Positions 1 to 9,235 of a stretch of 64,000 bases of DNA are shown here, piece after piece. Every line of letters starts with the position of its first letter. The stretch's first letter is position 1. Both the position numbers and the translations under genes were made by a program. This stretch comes from a virus, in IMG/VR virus record IMGVR_UViG_3300023174_000094, positions 32,001 through 96,000 of that record. One strand, 5' to 3'. The notes under the pieces are model-generated. The model did not search any database. It worked only from the letters and a program-made list of their open reading frames with translations, and had not been told where the DNA came from.

Positions 1-2
1 CT

Positions 3-1985
3 TTAACAAATCTTGGTAACGCAACAATTAATGCAACAATTGTAGCAAACTCGGTTGCTCTTGGAAGCGATACTGCTGGTGATTATGTACAGTCACTTGT
101 TGCTGGAACGGGGATTACCCTTTCTAATAATTCTGGTGAAGGAACAACTCCAACAGTTGCTGTAAACACTTCAACAATAGCAACTCTAGCCTCCCCTGTA
201 TTTACAGGAAATGTGACAGTAAGTAATAATTTAATTGTTAGTGGAAATCTCACAGTCAATGGATCAACTACAACAGTAAATACTGAAACAGTAACAATTG
301 ATGACAACATCATTGTTTTAAATAATAACGCAACAGGTTCACCAACAGAAAATGCTGGTGTTGAAATTGAGCGTGGTACATCAACAAATGTACAACTTCG
401 TTGGAATGAGACAACAGATAAATGGCAATTTACTAATGACGGAACTAACTTCACCGACCTTGGTGCTGGAGGTGCAACAATTTCAGAAACTGCACCGTCT
501 GCTCCAGAGGCTGGTGCGCTGTGGTTTAATTCTAATTCAGCACAGACTTTTGTTTATTATGATTCATCATGGATTGAAATTGGTGCAACAGCAATGGGCG
601 CTACGGTCTCCACTACTGCGCCTAACTCACCTATCGGCGGTCAGATTTGGTTTAACTCCGATAGTGGTGGTACTTATGTTTATTATGGCTCTGCCTGGGT
701 AGAAGTTGGTGCTGCTCCAGTAAATGTCATGCTTCAGGCAATTGATGCCAAAGGTGATTTACTTATTGGAACCGCAGATAACACTGTTGGGAAAGTAAGT
801 GTTGGAAGTAACAGTCAGTTGCTACGAGCAAATAGCTCAACAGCAACGGGGGTTGAATGGTTTACCCCTACTTACGCTCCAGCCGCATCTCCAACATTCA
901 CAGGAACAGTCGTTCTCCCATCAGATACATCAATCGGGAATGTCAGTTCTACAGAGATTGGATATGTAGACGGAGTAACTTCAGCTATACAAACACAATT
1001 AGACTCTAAACTTGCAGCAGCTACAGCTGTTACATCTAATCGCAATGCAATTATCAATGGTGCCATGAATGTTTGGCAACGAGGAACAAGTACATCACTT
1101 GCTTTGGGTGGTGGTAGTTATGTTGGTCCTGACCGTTGGTGGTGGTATAACAACGGTTTCACTTCAACTATAAGTCGTCAGTCTTGTGGTTCTACTTTGC
1201 CGCAATTTCAATATTGCGCCCGTATTCAGCGCACCTCTGGTCAGACTGGCACAGCGGCTATGGTTTTATTTTCTCCACAGGAAACCGTTAACTCACTTAG
1301 ATTTGCTGGTAAAAACGCTACCCTGTCCTTTTATGCTCGTGCCAGTTCTGGTATCTCTAGCGCAACCGCTTTGAGCATGAATGTTTACACTGGAACTGGT
1401 GTGGACCAAAATAACTTTACCAATGGTTTTACTGGACTCGTAAATACTGGTGGTATTGCTGCAACACTTACTACATCATGGCAAAGATTTAACACAACTG
1501 TGTCAATAGGTTCAACAGCAACACAAATTGGTTTACAAATTGCTTTTTCACCAACTGGTACTGCTGGTGCATCTGATTATTTTGAAATTACTGGTATTCA
1601 ACTTGAAGAAGGTTCAGTGGCAACACCATTTGAGTTTGAAGACTACGGAACCACGCTTGCTAAATGCCAGCGGTACTACCAAACTGGAGCACAATTTACG
1701 GCATATACGGCTTCATCAACGACTTGTACTGTCTGGGGGCATTTGTTGTCTGAGATGCGAGTAACTCCTACTGTTTCTGTAACTGGTCCATTAAACCTTC
1801 AAGGAGATGGTGCAATTAACGCAACACAATCAAGTGGTTCTGTTGGCGCATTCAACTTTTCAAGCCCAGTTTCTGTGTATTTAACTGCTGTTGGAAACTT
1901 TACTGGATTAACTACAGGTAGGACAATCACTATTTCGGTTCCAGCAAACAATGGAAATTACTTTACTTTTAGTTCGGAGTTGTGA
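3..1985 (+). CDS. Tail fibre / receptor-binding protein (5'-partial)
   Basis: Frame open from window start; Thr/Gly/Ser-rich fibre modules, APxxPxxGxxWF repeats, CBM-like domain (NAIINGAMNVWQRG...QLEEGSVATPFE...CQRYY). Confidence 0.8.
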   Translation, partial: LTNLGNATINATIVANSVALGSDTAGDYVQSLVAGTGITLSNNSGEGTTPTVAVNTSTIATLASPVFTGNVTVSNNLIVSGNLTVNGSTTTVNTETVTIDDNIIVLNNNATGSPTENAGVEIERGTSTNVQLRWNETTDKWQFTNDGTNFTDLGAGGATISETAPSAPEAGALWFNSNSAQTFVYYDSSWIEIGATAMGATVSTTAPNSPIGGQIWFNSDSGGTYVYYGSAWVEVGAAPVNVMLQAIDAKGDLLIGTADNTVGKVSVGSNSQLLRANSSTATGVEWFTPTYAPAASPTFTGTVVLPSDTSIGNVSSTEIGYVDGVTSAIQTQLDSKLAAATAVTSNRNAIINGAMNVWQRGTSTSLALGGGSYVGPDRWWWYNNGFTSTISRQSCGSTLPQFQYCARIQRTSGQTGTAAMVLFSPQETVNSLRFAGKNATLSFYARASSGISSATALSMNVYTGTGVDQNNFTNGFTGLVNTGGIAATLTTSWQRFNTTVSIGSTATQIGLQIAFSPTGTAGASDYFEITGIQLEEGSVATPFEFEDYGTTLAKCQRYYQTGAQFTAYTASSTTCTVWGHLLSEMRVTPTVSVTGPLNLQGDGAINATQSSGSVGAFNFSSPVSVYLTAVGNFTGLTTGRTITISVPANNGNYFTFSSEL

Positions 1986-2146
1986 TGTATTGGACTGTAC
2001 ATTTTGAAGGAAAACTTAATTGCGTAAAACCAAATGAAAGTGTTTCTATTCCTGCCGACCCTGCTAACTCTGACTACCAGAGATATTTAGCATGGGTTGC
2101 TGAAGGCAACATTGCGGAAGAATGGAATCCAGAGGAGAATATCTAA
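1985..2146 (+). CDS. Small fibre-associated protein, putative chaperone (53 aa)
   Basis: Read manually: MYWTVHFEG...IPADPANSDYQRYLAWVAEGNIAEEW; TGATG coupling; paralog of 4447..4620. Confidence 0.75.
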   Translation: MYWTVHFEGKLNCVKPNESVSIPADPANSDYQRYLAWVAEGNIAEEWNPEENI

Positions 2147-2147
2147 T

Positions 2148-3029
2148 ATGCCGCTTACATTTCCTTCATCCCCATCTAATGGTCAAACCTATGTTGTTGG
2201 CTCCCGCACATGGACATGGAACGGGTCTATTTGGGAGATTAATGGAACCGCTGCTGGTGTTGCTTCTGTTGGAGAAACTGAGCTCACTGCAAATGCTGTA
2301 ACAACAGCAAAAATTGCTGATGGCGCAATTACCACAGCTAAGATTGCTTCTGGTGCTGTTATTGCTGATGACCTTGCTTCTGATGCTGTAACAACGGCAA
2401 AAATTGCCAACAGTGCAGTAACTATAGCAAAGATTGAATCTAACCCAACTTTTACTGGAACGGTAACTCTTCCTGCAAACACTTCAATTGGTAATGTTTC
2501 CAGTACCGAAATCAGTTATGTAGATGGTGTAACATCTGCAATTCAGACTCAATTAAATACTAAAGCACCGACAGCATCACCAACTTTTACAGGAACTGTT
2601 GCACTCCCTACAACTACTGCTTCTGGTGTTTTGACTGCTACTGCTCAACCAAGATTTCTTGCAACAAGAAGCGGGAACTTGTCTTTTACTGGTGGAAATG
2701 TTCTTGTTTACAATGCAACTTCGTATAACATTGGCTCATATTACAGTACTTCTACTGGATTATTCACTACACCTATCTCTGGTAACTATATATTTTCTGC
2801 AAGCGTCTATCAAAGTGGTGGAGTTTACCAACTATGGTTCATCATAAACGGCAACAGAGAAAGAACTTTTGCTTTTACTGGTTCAGCAGACAACATTTTG
2901 ACTGGAAGCAATGTTGTTTACCTAACAACAGGCGACACTGTAGGCATAACTTCTTGGTCAAATGCTGAAGCAAGAACATTGTATCAAGATGGCAATCATA
3001 CATTTTTTAGAGGAGCGTTGATTTCATAA
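2148..3029 (+). CDS. Fibre protein with C-terminal C1q-like domain
   Basis: SD GAGGAG; N-terminal FPSSPSNG...W.WNG module; VTTAKIA repeats; C1q-like YSTSTGLFTTPISGNYIFSASV...FRGALI. Confidence 0.75.
   Translation: MPLTFPSSPSNGQTYVVGSRTWTWNGSIWEINGTAAGVASVGETELTANAVTTAKIADGAITTAKIASGAVIADDLASDAVTTAKIANSAVTIAKIESNPTFTGTVTLPANTSIGNVSSTEISYVDGVTSAIQTQLNTKAPTASPTFTGTVALPTTTASGVLTATAQPRFLATRSGNLSFTGGNVLVYNATSYNIGSYYSTSTGLFTTPISGNYIFSASVYQSGGVYQLWFIINGNRERTFAFTGSADNILTGSNVVYLTTGDTVGITSWSNAEARTLYQDGNHTFFRGALIS
2413..2449 (+). repeat. 37-bp exact repeat shared between fibre genes (second copy 3210..3246)
   Basis: gtgcagtaactatagcaaagattgaatctaacccaac present in both genes. Confidence 0.9.
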
Positions 3030-4447
3030 TGGCAATTGACTTTCCTAATTCCCCTTCTAACGGAGCAACCTATTCTGCTGGTGGTAAAAACTGGCAATAT
3101 AACGGAACAGCCTGGGTTCTTCAAGGTATTGTTCCATCCATCCCAGATGCTTCTATTGTAGCTACACAGATTGCTTCTAATGCTATTACAACCGCAAAGA
3201 TTCTTAATGGTGCAGTAACTATAGCAAAGATTGAATCTAACCCAACCTTTACGGGTACCGTTACACTTCCTGCAAATACTTCTATTGGCAATGTCTCTTC
3301 TACCGAAATTAGTTATGTAGATGGAGTTACCTCTGCTATTCAAACACAGATAGACACAAAGTCTCCAACAGCTTCTCCAACATTTACGGGAACAGTTGTT
3401 TTACCTGCTAACACTTCTATTGGTAATGTTAGCTCAACAGAGATTGGTTATGTTGATGGTGTAACATCTGCTATCCAAACACAATTGGATTCAAAACTGA
3501 CAGCAACTACGGCTACTACATCAAGTAGAAACCTTCTTATTAACGGCGACTTCAAGGTGTGGCAACGAGGTAATGCTCGCACCTATATGAACGCTGGTTC
3601 ATATCTTGCCGACCGTTGGTGCACTCATCTATACCAAAATGCAGGACATGAGCGTGTTACTGGTCGTTCTACTCAATATGCGATTCGTGTCACCAGCAGC
3701 AGTGTTGCCGAAAATAGTGGTGGAACTCGTATGTGGCTTACTCAAAAAGTTGAGTCTTTGAACTCATATCGTTTGCGAAGCCAGCAAGTTACTTTGTCTT
3801 TTTGGGTGCGTTTTTCTGCGGCTACCTGTTCTTCATCTACGGCAACTGCATACGGAAACTGGACTGCTGGTATCGGGTATTTTAATACAACAACCGATTC
3901 TGCTACTGCCACGACAGACGCACAGTCATTTTCTACACTGGTATTGACTAACGGGTCTTTGCCTACCACTTGGACAAAATATTCAGTTACTGGGACATGC
4001 CCTTCTGATTTGAACAACATTCACGCAACATTTGGTTTTGGTGGTTTGGGCAACACTGCATCTAACTCTGGTGTTTGGTATGAAGTTGCAGAAGTTCAGT
4101 TGGAGGCTGGTGCTGTTGCTACACCATTTGAGTTTGAAGATGCCCAAGTAACACTCGCAAAATGCCAAAGGTACTACGAGTCTGTCAGTTGGGGTAACTA
4201 CTATGCGTCTGCACTTGCTGGAACAGACATCTATCTGCCACTCTCTTACAGGGTTACGAAAAGAGTCGCACCAACCGTGACCCTGCCGTCATCAACTAAC
4301 GCAATCAGAAACACATCAAACGCCAACGCCACACCAATATATGCTTGGACAACAAACAGCACAACAGATATGTTCAACATTTATGCTGGAAGCAACAGCA
4401 TTTGGGCTATCAACGCAGCAACAGCAACAGCATCGGCGGAACTCTAA
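3029..4447 (+). CDS. Tail fibre protein with CBM-like domain
   Basis: MAIDFPNSPSNG module, two SIGNVSSTEI.YVDGVTSAIQTQ repeats, NLLINGDFKVWQRG...ATPFEFED...CQRYY. Confidence 0.8.
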   Translation: MAIDFPNSPSNGATYSAGGKNWQYNGTAWVLQGIVPSIPDASIVATQIASNAITTAKILNGAVTIAKIESNPTFTGTVTLPANTSIGNVSSTEISYVDGVTSAIQTQIDTKSPTASPTFTGTVVLPANTSIGNVSSTEIGYVDGVTSAIQTQLDSKLTATTATTSSRNLLINGDFKVWQRGNARTYMNAGSYLADRWCTHLYQNAGHERVTGRSTQYAIRVTSSSVAENSGGTRMWLTQKVESLNSYRLRSQQVTLSFWVRFSAATCSSSTATAYGNWTAGIGYFNTTTDSATATTDAQSFSTLVLTNGSLPTTWTKYSVTGTCPSDLNNIHATFGFGGLGNTASNSGVWYEVAEVQLEAGAVATPFEFEDAQVTLAKCQRYYESVSWGNYYASALAGTDIYLPLSYRVTKRVAPTVTLPSSTNAIRNTSNANATPIYAWTTNSTTDMFNIYAGSNSIWAINAATATASAEL

Positions 4448-4620
4448 TGTACAAAATCATGCGTTCACGCTCCAATGAAATCATGACTATCAATGTTGAG
4501 CAAGCGGATGGGTCTGTAATGTGCATCCCAACCGACCCTGCCAACTCTGACTACCAGCAATACCTAGCATGGGTTGCTGAAGGCAACACCGCAGAAGAAT
4601 GGAGTCCTAATGGCAATTGA
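4447..4620 (+). CDS. Small fibre-associated protein, putative chaperone
   Basis: TAATG coupling; IPTDPANSDYQQYLAWVAEGNTAEEW. Confidence 0.75.
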   Translation: MYKIMRSRSNEIMTINVEQADGSVMCIPTDPANSDYQQYLAWVAEGNTAEEWSPNGN

Positions 4621-6433
4621 TTTTCCTAACTCACCGTCTAATGGTGAGATTTATACTGTCGGATCTAGAAAGTGGAGGTATGACGGACAGAAGTGGATTG
4701 TCCTTGCTACCAGTGAAGGTGATGCAAGCATAAGTGTTTCTTTAACAGCACCGCTATCCCCAGCAGTTGGTGATTTCTGGTTTGAATCAGACACTGGTAA
4801 AACATTTGTTTATTACGATAGCTACTGGGTAGAGATGTCCAGTGTTGATGGTTTGCAAGGAGCTGATGGATCAACAGGTCCAGAAGGCGGAAGTATAACC
4901 TTAACAACAAAAGGAGACATCTTAACAAAGAACTCTTCTAATCTTGCAAGACTTGCTGCTGGATCAAACGGACAAGTTTTGTCTGCAAATTCATCTTCCG
5001 AAGTCGGGCTGGAATGGGTAACTCCAACAGTATATGCAACAGTTGCTAATTTAAGCACATTATCAAATACCGTAACAAGTCTCTCTAGCAATGCAAACAC
5101 TCTTTCAAACACTGTTACAACACTATCTGGCAATGTAAGCACTCTTTCAAATACCGTTTCTTTAAAAGCCAATATTGCTTCTCCAGATTTTACTGGAATA
5201 CCAACAGCGCCTACTGCTAATAGCACAACAAATACAACACAAATTGCAACTACTGCTTATGTAAAAGCTGTTGTTGGTGATTTGATAAATTCCGCACCAG
5301 CGGCATTAGATACTCTTGGTGAGATTGCAACATCTCTGGCAAATAATGCATCTTTGTCATCAACACTTACAACCTCAATTGCTACAAGGGCACCATTGGC
5401 AAGCCCAACTTTTACAGGAACAGTAACAATTCCTGCTGGTGCATCCATCTCTGGATTTGCAACACTTGCAAGCCCTACCTTCACAGGTAATGTTTCGGGT
5501 ATTACAAAAACAATGGTCGGTCTTGGAAATGTTGATAATACCACAGACCTTGAAAAGCCAGTCTCAAACGCTACACAAACCGCTTTAAACTTAAAAGCTA
5601 ATCTATCTAATCCAACATTTACTGGAACAGTTTCTGGAATAACTAAATCAATGGTTGGCTTGGGTTCTGTGGACAATACAGCGGATACGGCTAAACCTGT
5701 TTCTACAGCACAACAAACTGCTCTTGACCTAAAGGCAAACTTAGCGTCACCAACTTTTACTGGAAACATAACAGAAGATTTTACTCACGGAATCGTACAC
5801 AGACTGAGACTGCAGGCTGGTGCAAATGGTTTAGGTACTGGTGAAGTAAGTTTTCACTCTTGGATTAGTGAACCAGCCGCAACTTGGACTGGGTGTGGTA
5901 TAGCAAGAAATAGAATAAATACAAGTGGTTCTTTTCCACGACCTAATACTGGTATTACTGCTCAAATGATTCGTTTTGATGAAGGCGGAAACATCATTTT
6001 CTATATGATGAATTCTTCTGGAGGAGAAAACACAATCAGTTTTGATACTGGTGGTCAAGCATATAAGCCTGGCGGTGGATCATGGGCTGCACCATCAGAT
6101 ATCCGCCTCAAAGATAATGTGCGGGACTATGAAAAAGGTACTGCCGAACTGATGCAAGTTCGTGTTCGTGAGTGGGAACACAACGGCAAAGGTGGGATAC
6201 AAGAAGGTTTTAAAGGTCTTGGTGTTATTGCTGATGAGATTGAGTTAGTGCTTCCAGATACGGTTCACACCTATGAGGGCAAACTCAATCCCGAAGATGA
6301 AGAAACTACAGACATTAAATCTGTCAATGCAACAGAAATTACTTGGTTGATGGTAAAGACTATTCAGGAACAACAGGCGGTTATTGAGCAGTTGAAAACT
6401 AGAATTGAAGCACTAGAAAGCGCAGTTGAGTAA
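4610..6433 (+). CDS. Tail fibre with C-terminal peptidase S74 intramolecular chaperone
   Basis: MAIDFPNSPSNG start; VGLGNVDNT.D..KPVS repeats; SDIRLKDNV...GVIADEI followed by coiled-coil end. Confidence 0.85.
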   Translation: MAIDFPNSPSNGEIYTVGSRKWRYDGQKWIVLATSEGDASISVSLTAPLSPAVGDFWFESDTGKTFVYYDSYWVEMSSVDGLQGADGSTGPEGGSITLTTKGDILTKNSSNLARLAAGSNGQVLSANSSSEVGLEWVTPTVYATVANLSTLSNTVTSLSSNANTLSNTVTTLSGNVSTLSNTVSLKANIASPDFTGIPTAPTANSTTNTTQIATTAYVKAVVGDLINSAPAALDTLGEIATSLANNASLSSTLTTSIATRAPLASPTFTGTVTIPAGASISGFATLASPTFTGNVSGITKTMVGLGNVDNTTDLEKPVSNATQTALNLKANLSNPTFTGTVSGITKSMVGLGSVDNTADTAKPVSTAQQTALDLKANLASPTFTGNITEDFTHGIVHRLRLQAGANGLGTGEVSFHSWISEPAATWTGCGIARNRINTSGSFPRPNTGITAQMIRFDEGGNIIFYMMNSSGGENTISFDTGGQAYKPGGGSWAAPSDIRLKDNVRDYEKGTAELMQVRVREWEHNGKGGIQEGFKGLGVIADEIELVLPDTVHTYEGKLNPEDEETTDIKSVNATEITWLMVKTIQEQQAVIEQLKTRIEALESAVE

Positions 6434-6522
6434 TACCAGTATCCTTTTATTTAGTGAATAAAGGCAAAATAAACATGAAAATTCGTAAAAAAGTTTTTTA
6501 TAATCTATAATGGATACTAACT

Positions 6523-6684
6523 ATGGCTGCTATTGATTTCCCTTCCAATCCCAATATTAACGACACTCACTCTGTCAATGGTAAAATCTGGTCTTGGGAT
6601 GGGGAAAAGTGGATTAAAGACACACAAGAGGTTTCTAATAAAATTAATTATATGGAAGTGTCATTAGTGATGCAGACTTTTTAA
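6523..6684 (+). CDS. Mini protein consisting mainly of the fibre N-terminal module (53 aa)
   Basis: Read manually: MAAIDFPSNPNINDTHSVNGKIWSWDGEKWIKDTQEVSNKINYMEVSLVMQTF. Confidence 0.7.
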   Translation: MAAIDFPSNPNINDTHSVNGKIWSWDGEKWIKDTQEVSNKINYMEVSLVMQTF

Positions 6685-6704
6685 AGGCTGAAAAACAGTA
6701 TTAC

Positions 6705-6713
6705 TGTTATAAT
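6705..6713 (+). promoter_or_regulatory. Extended -10 promoter, likely leaderless transcript
   Basis: TGTTATAAT 6 nt before ATG 6720, no SD. Confidence 0.6.
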
Positions 6714-6719
6714 TGAATT

Positions 6720-7646
6720 ATGGATGATGTAAAGATTGAAACAAGCAAGACACTTACCTTAACATTGCCGAGCGATCCTGCCTCAAATGTTGTATCGGTA
6801 AGTCTATATCATGAGTTTGGGAATCTTGTTTCTGGTCCAACAAATGCAACAAGATCAAGTGCTGGAGTTTATACCATCACCTACGGTCAACAGGCATCTG
6901 GTATCTATATTCTAAATGCTGCGGGGAGATACCGAGCTGACTTTACTTATACAGTGAGTGCTGTTTCGTACACTCAGTCTCAGTACTTTAATGTTTATAC
7001 CCCTTATATCACAGCAGCTAGCTTCTTTGAAGATCACCCAGAACTTGAAGATGAATGGTTTGATAAATTTGATAAGATTGAAAAGAAGATAAGAAATATT
7101 ATCAACACATTCTGTGGTCAATCATTTGATTACTACCCGAACAAGACGATAGAGATTTCTGGTTCTGGAAGAAATTTATTGCATCTTCCATTTCCAATAA
7201 CAACTCTTAGAACAATTATTGCTGATGTCGGAACGAGTGATGAAACCACCATTCACAACTACCAGGATTCAACTGTAAACAATGTGGAAAAGGCTAAAGA
7301 GCCTCATAGCTTTGGAGCAACATACTATATTAAGTTTAAGAGATCAACCCTTGATAGCCCAAATGTTCTTATGCTTGTAAATAAGTTTTATAAGACTAGC
7401 GCTTATACAATTAGTGGTGATTATGGATGGCAGTTTGTTCCAAACAATATTGAGCAAGCTGCTGATCTTTTAATTGCTGATCATATGAATGATGATAATC
7501 AATACAGGTCGCATGGAATCAAGAGAGCCGATATGGATGCTATTGACTTGCACTTCTCTGATAAGTTCTATGAATCTACTGGGAATATTGATGCCGATGT
7601 TCTACTCATGGACTATACATTGTTTGTGATGGATTATGTGGTATAA
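6720..7646 (+). CDS. Head-to-tail adaptor (with N-terminal Ig-like extension)
   Basis: IRNIINTFCGQSF, GDYGW..VP..IEQAADLL, STGN..AD.LL motifs; position before stopper and tail genes. Confidence 0.7.
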   Translation: MDDVKIETSKTLTLTLPSDPASNVVSVSLYHEFGNLVSGPTNATRSSAGVYTITYGQQASGIYILNAAGRYRADFTYTVSAVSYTQSQYFNVYTPYITAASFFEDHPELEDEWFDKFDKIEKKIRNIINTFCGQSFDYYPNKTIEISGSGRNLLHLPFPITTLRTIIADVGTSDETTIHNYQDSTVNNVEKAKEPHSFGATYYIKFKRSTLDSPNVLMLVNKFYKTSAYTISGDYGWQFVPNNIEQAADLLIADHMNDDNQYRSHGIKRADMDAIDLHFSDKFYESTGNIDADVLLMDYTLFVMDYVV

Positions 7647-7649
7647 CAG

Positions 7650-8024
7650 ATGGCTGAGAAAACCTATCTTAGATTTCCTCATAAAATAGGGATATACACT
7701 AAGTCTGTAGAAATAAATAGCGCTGGTCAAAGAGTTACAACATTCGTGTATAACTCTGATATTAAAGCCATGTTTCAATCTGTCTCCAGCGAAAGAAGAA
7801 TTGCACCGTATAACGCAAACATTGATGAATTTCAGTTTTATATTTCTCACACAAATTCTCTACTTGCCGACTATGGAAATAGAATTCAGAATGTTAGAGA
7901 TAGATACTCAAATGTTATAGAGACTGGACCTTTTGAAATTATTAACATTGAAAAGAAAATGGGCTTTAATGGAAAGTTAAATCACATTCTACTCACAGCA
8001 AGAAAGGTGGTTGAAGGTGCTTAG
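7650..8024 (+). CDS. Head-to-tail stopper / head closure protein
   Basis: Size, beta-rich sequence, synteny. Confidence 0.55.
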   Translation: MAEKTYLRFPHKIGIYTKSVEINSAGQRVTTFVYNSDIKAMFQSVSSERRIAPYNANIDEFQFYISHTNSLLADYGNRIQNVRDRYSNVIETGPFEIINIEKKMGFNGKLNHILLTARKVVEGA

Positions 8025-8571
8025 GATGACTGTAAACAAATCTGCTTCAATACAGACAGAGGCTGCTGCACTATTCTTTGACACATTTCCAAATAGAATT
8101 CAAGCTGCTCAGGCAAGCGCTATGACAGCAGTTGCCCAAGAGGCTCCAGGAGTTCTTATGAAGTTTGGTAGAGCCGCTAAGTACTTTCAGTTTGCTGTTC
8201 AAAGAACTGGGGCATCTGGAATTAAATTAACAATGTCTCCTGCAACTGGCGGTAAAGTTGCTTCTAGAAGTGATGGCTATAATGCGGCTATTGGCGCAGC
8301 TATTCTTCTTAGTGGTAGAAGAGGCGGTACCGTTATTAAACCAAAAGGTAAGCAAGCCCTTTCCTTCCGAGAAGGAACTTCTACTCATGGTGGAGATGGG
8401 GTTTATGGTGCTTCAAGGGTTTCTCCAATTAGATCAAAAAGACAAGAGATTTCAAGAGAGATGAGAGATATGGTTACAAGACAAATTAATGCTCATTTAA
8501 AGTATGTTGGTTTTGGGTCAAGAGGGTCAACACCAACTGGTCCAGATTTTTTAACAGCTGAGGAGTTCTAA
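8017..8571 (+). CDS. Tail completion / HK97 gp10-like neck protein
   Basis: Basic Gly/Arg-rich with VIKPKGKQALSF motif; synteny. Confidence 0.5.
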   Translation: MLRMTVNKSASIQTEAAALFFDTFPNRIQAAQASAMTAVAQEAPGVLMKFGRAAKYFQFAVQRTGASGIKLTMSPATGGKVASRSDGYNAAIGAAILLSGRRGGTVIKPKGKQALSFREGTSTHGGDGVYGASRVSPIRSKRQEISREMRDMVTRQINAHLKYVGFGSRGSTPTGPDFLTAEEF

Positions 8572-8573
8572 AA

Positions 8574-8993
8574 ATGCCTATTAGCGTCTATGACATAAAT
8601 ACATACTTAACAAGCGACTCAACGCTTGCTAACACCGCTGGTAAGGTTATGAGCTTCTTTCCCGTGGTTGGGTATGGGGATGAAACAGCCCCATTTGTAA
8701 TTTACTTCTACAGCCCTTCAATTCCATCTGTTGAGGCTTATTGGCAAAGAAGGGATACTATTCGTTATTCAATTTATGATACTGATGTGGATAGATTGTT
8801 TTCAATTGGTGAAAGAATGATTTATCTACTTGGTCGTGGAGATCAGATCCAGAAGACTGGTGGTCCTGTTCCAAACAATGTGAGAGTTTTGTCAACTCAA
8901 CTTGTAACTGCATCATCTATGGAACCCATTGAAAAGCTGGGTTGGTATCAAATGGATCTAGATTTTAGTATATTATCTGTGGATTATAGTTAA
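8574..8993 (+). CDS. Tail terminator
   Basis: APFVIY motif, size, upstream of major tail gene. Confidence 0.55.
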   Translation: MPISVYDINTYLTSDSTLANTAGKVMSFFPVVGYGDETAPFVIYFYSPSIPSVEAYWQRRDTIRYSIYDTDVDRLFSIGERMIYLLGRGDQIQKTGGPVPNNVRVLSTQLVTASSMEPIEKLGWYQMDLDFSILSVDYS

Positions 8994-9008
8994 TAGAATT
9001 ATCATTTG

Positions 9009-9017
9009 TGGTATCAT
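9009..9017 (+). promoter_or_regulatory. Extended -10 promoter
   Basis: TGGTATCAT 8 nt before ATG 9026; same TGTGGTAT core at 9860 and 25490. Confidence 0.55.
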
Positions 9018-9025
9018 AAATATAT

Positions 9026-9220
9026 ATGAAGTATAATGTAATTACATACATCGGTAAAACCCCTGGCTTTACCGCAAGATTAGGTTCTTATAGTTATGAG
9101 TTTGAATGGCAGAAAGGTCTCGGGATCGGAAGCCGTTCAAATGAAGTAAAAATTGATCACGCCATTAAGTTCGCAAGATGGCGGGATAAAAGGGGCAAGA
9201 AAATATTTGTCCTTGAGTAA
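9026..9220 (+). CDS. Hypothetical protein
   Basis: ORF filling the gap downstream of a promoter. Confidence 0.6.
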   Translation: MKYNVITYIGKTPGFTARLGSYSYEFEWQKGLGIGSRSNEVKIDHAIKFARWRDKRGKKIFVLE

Positions 9221-9235
9221 ATAGGAGGAAATATT

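Noticed and set aside
1985-4620. Possible diversity-generating retroelement (TR/VR pair) in the fibre region
   Set aside because: No reverse transcriptase in the window, and the repeat differences are mostly synonymous T/C changes, not adenine-specific.
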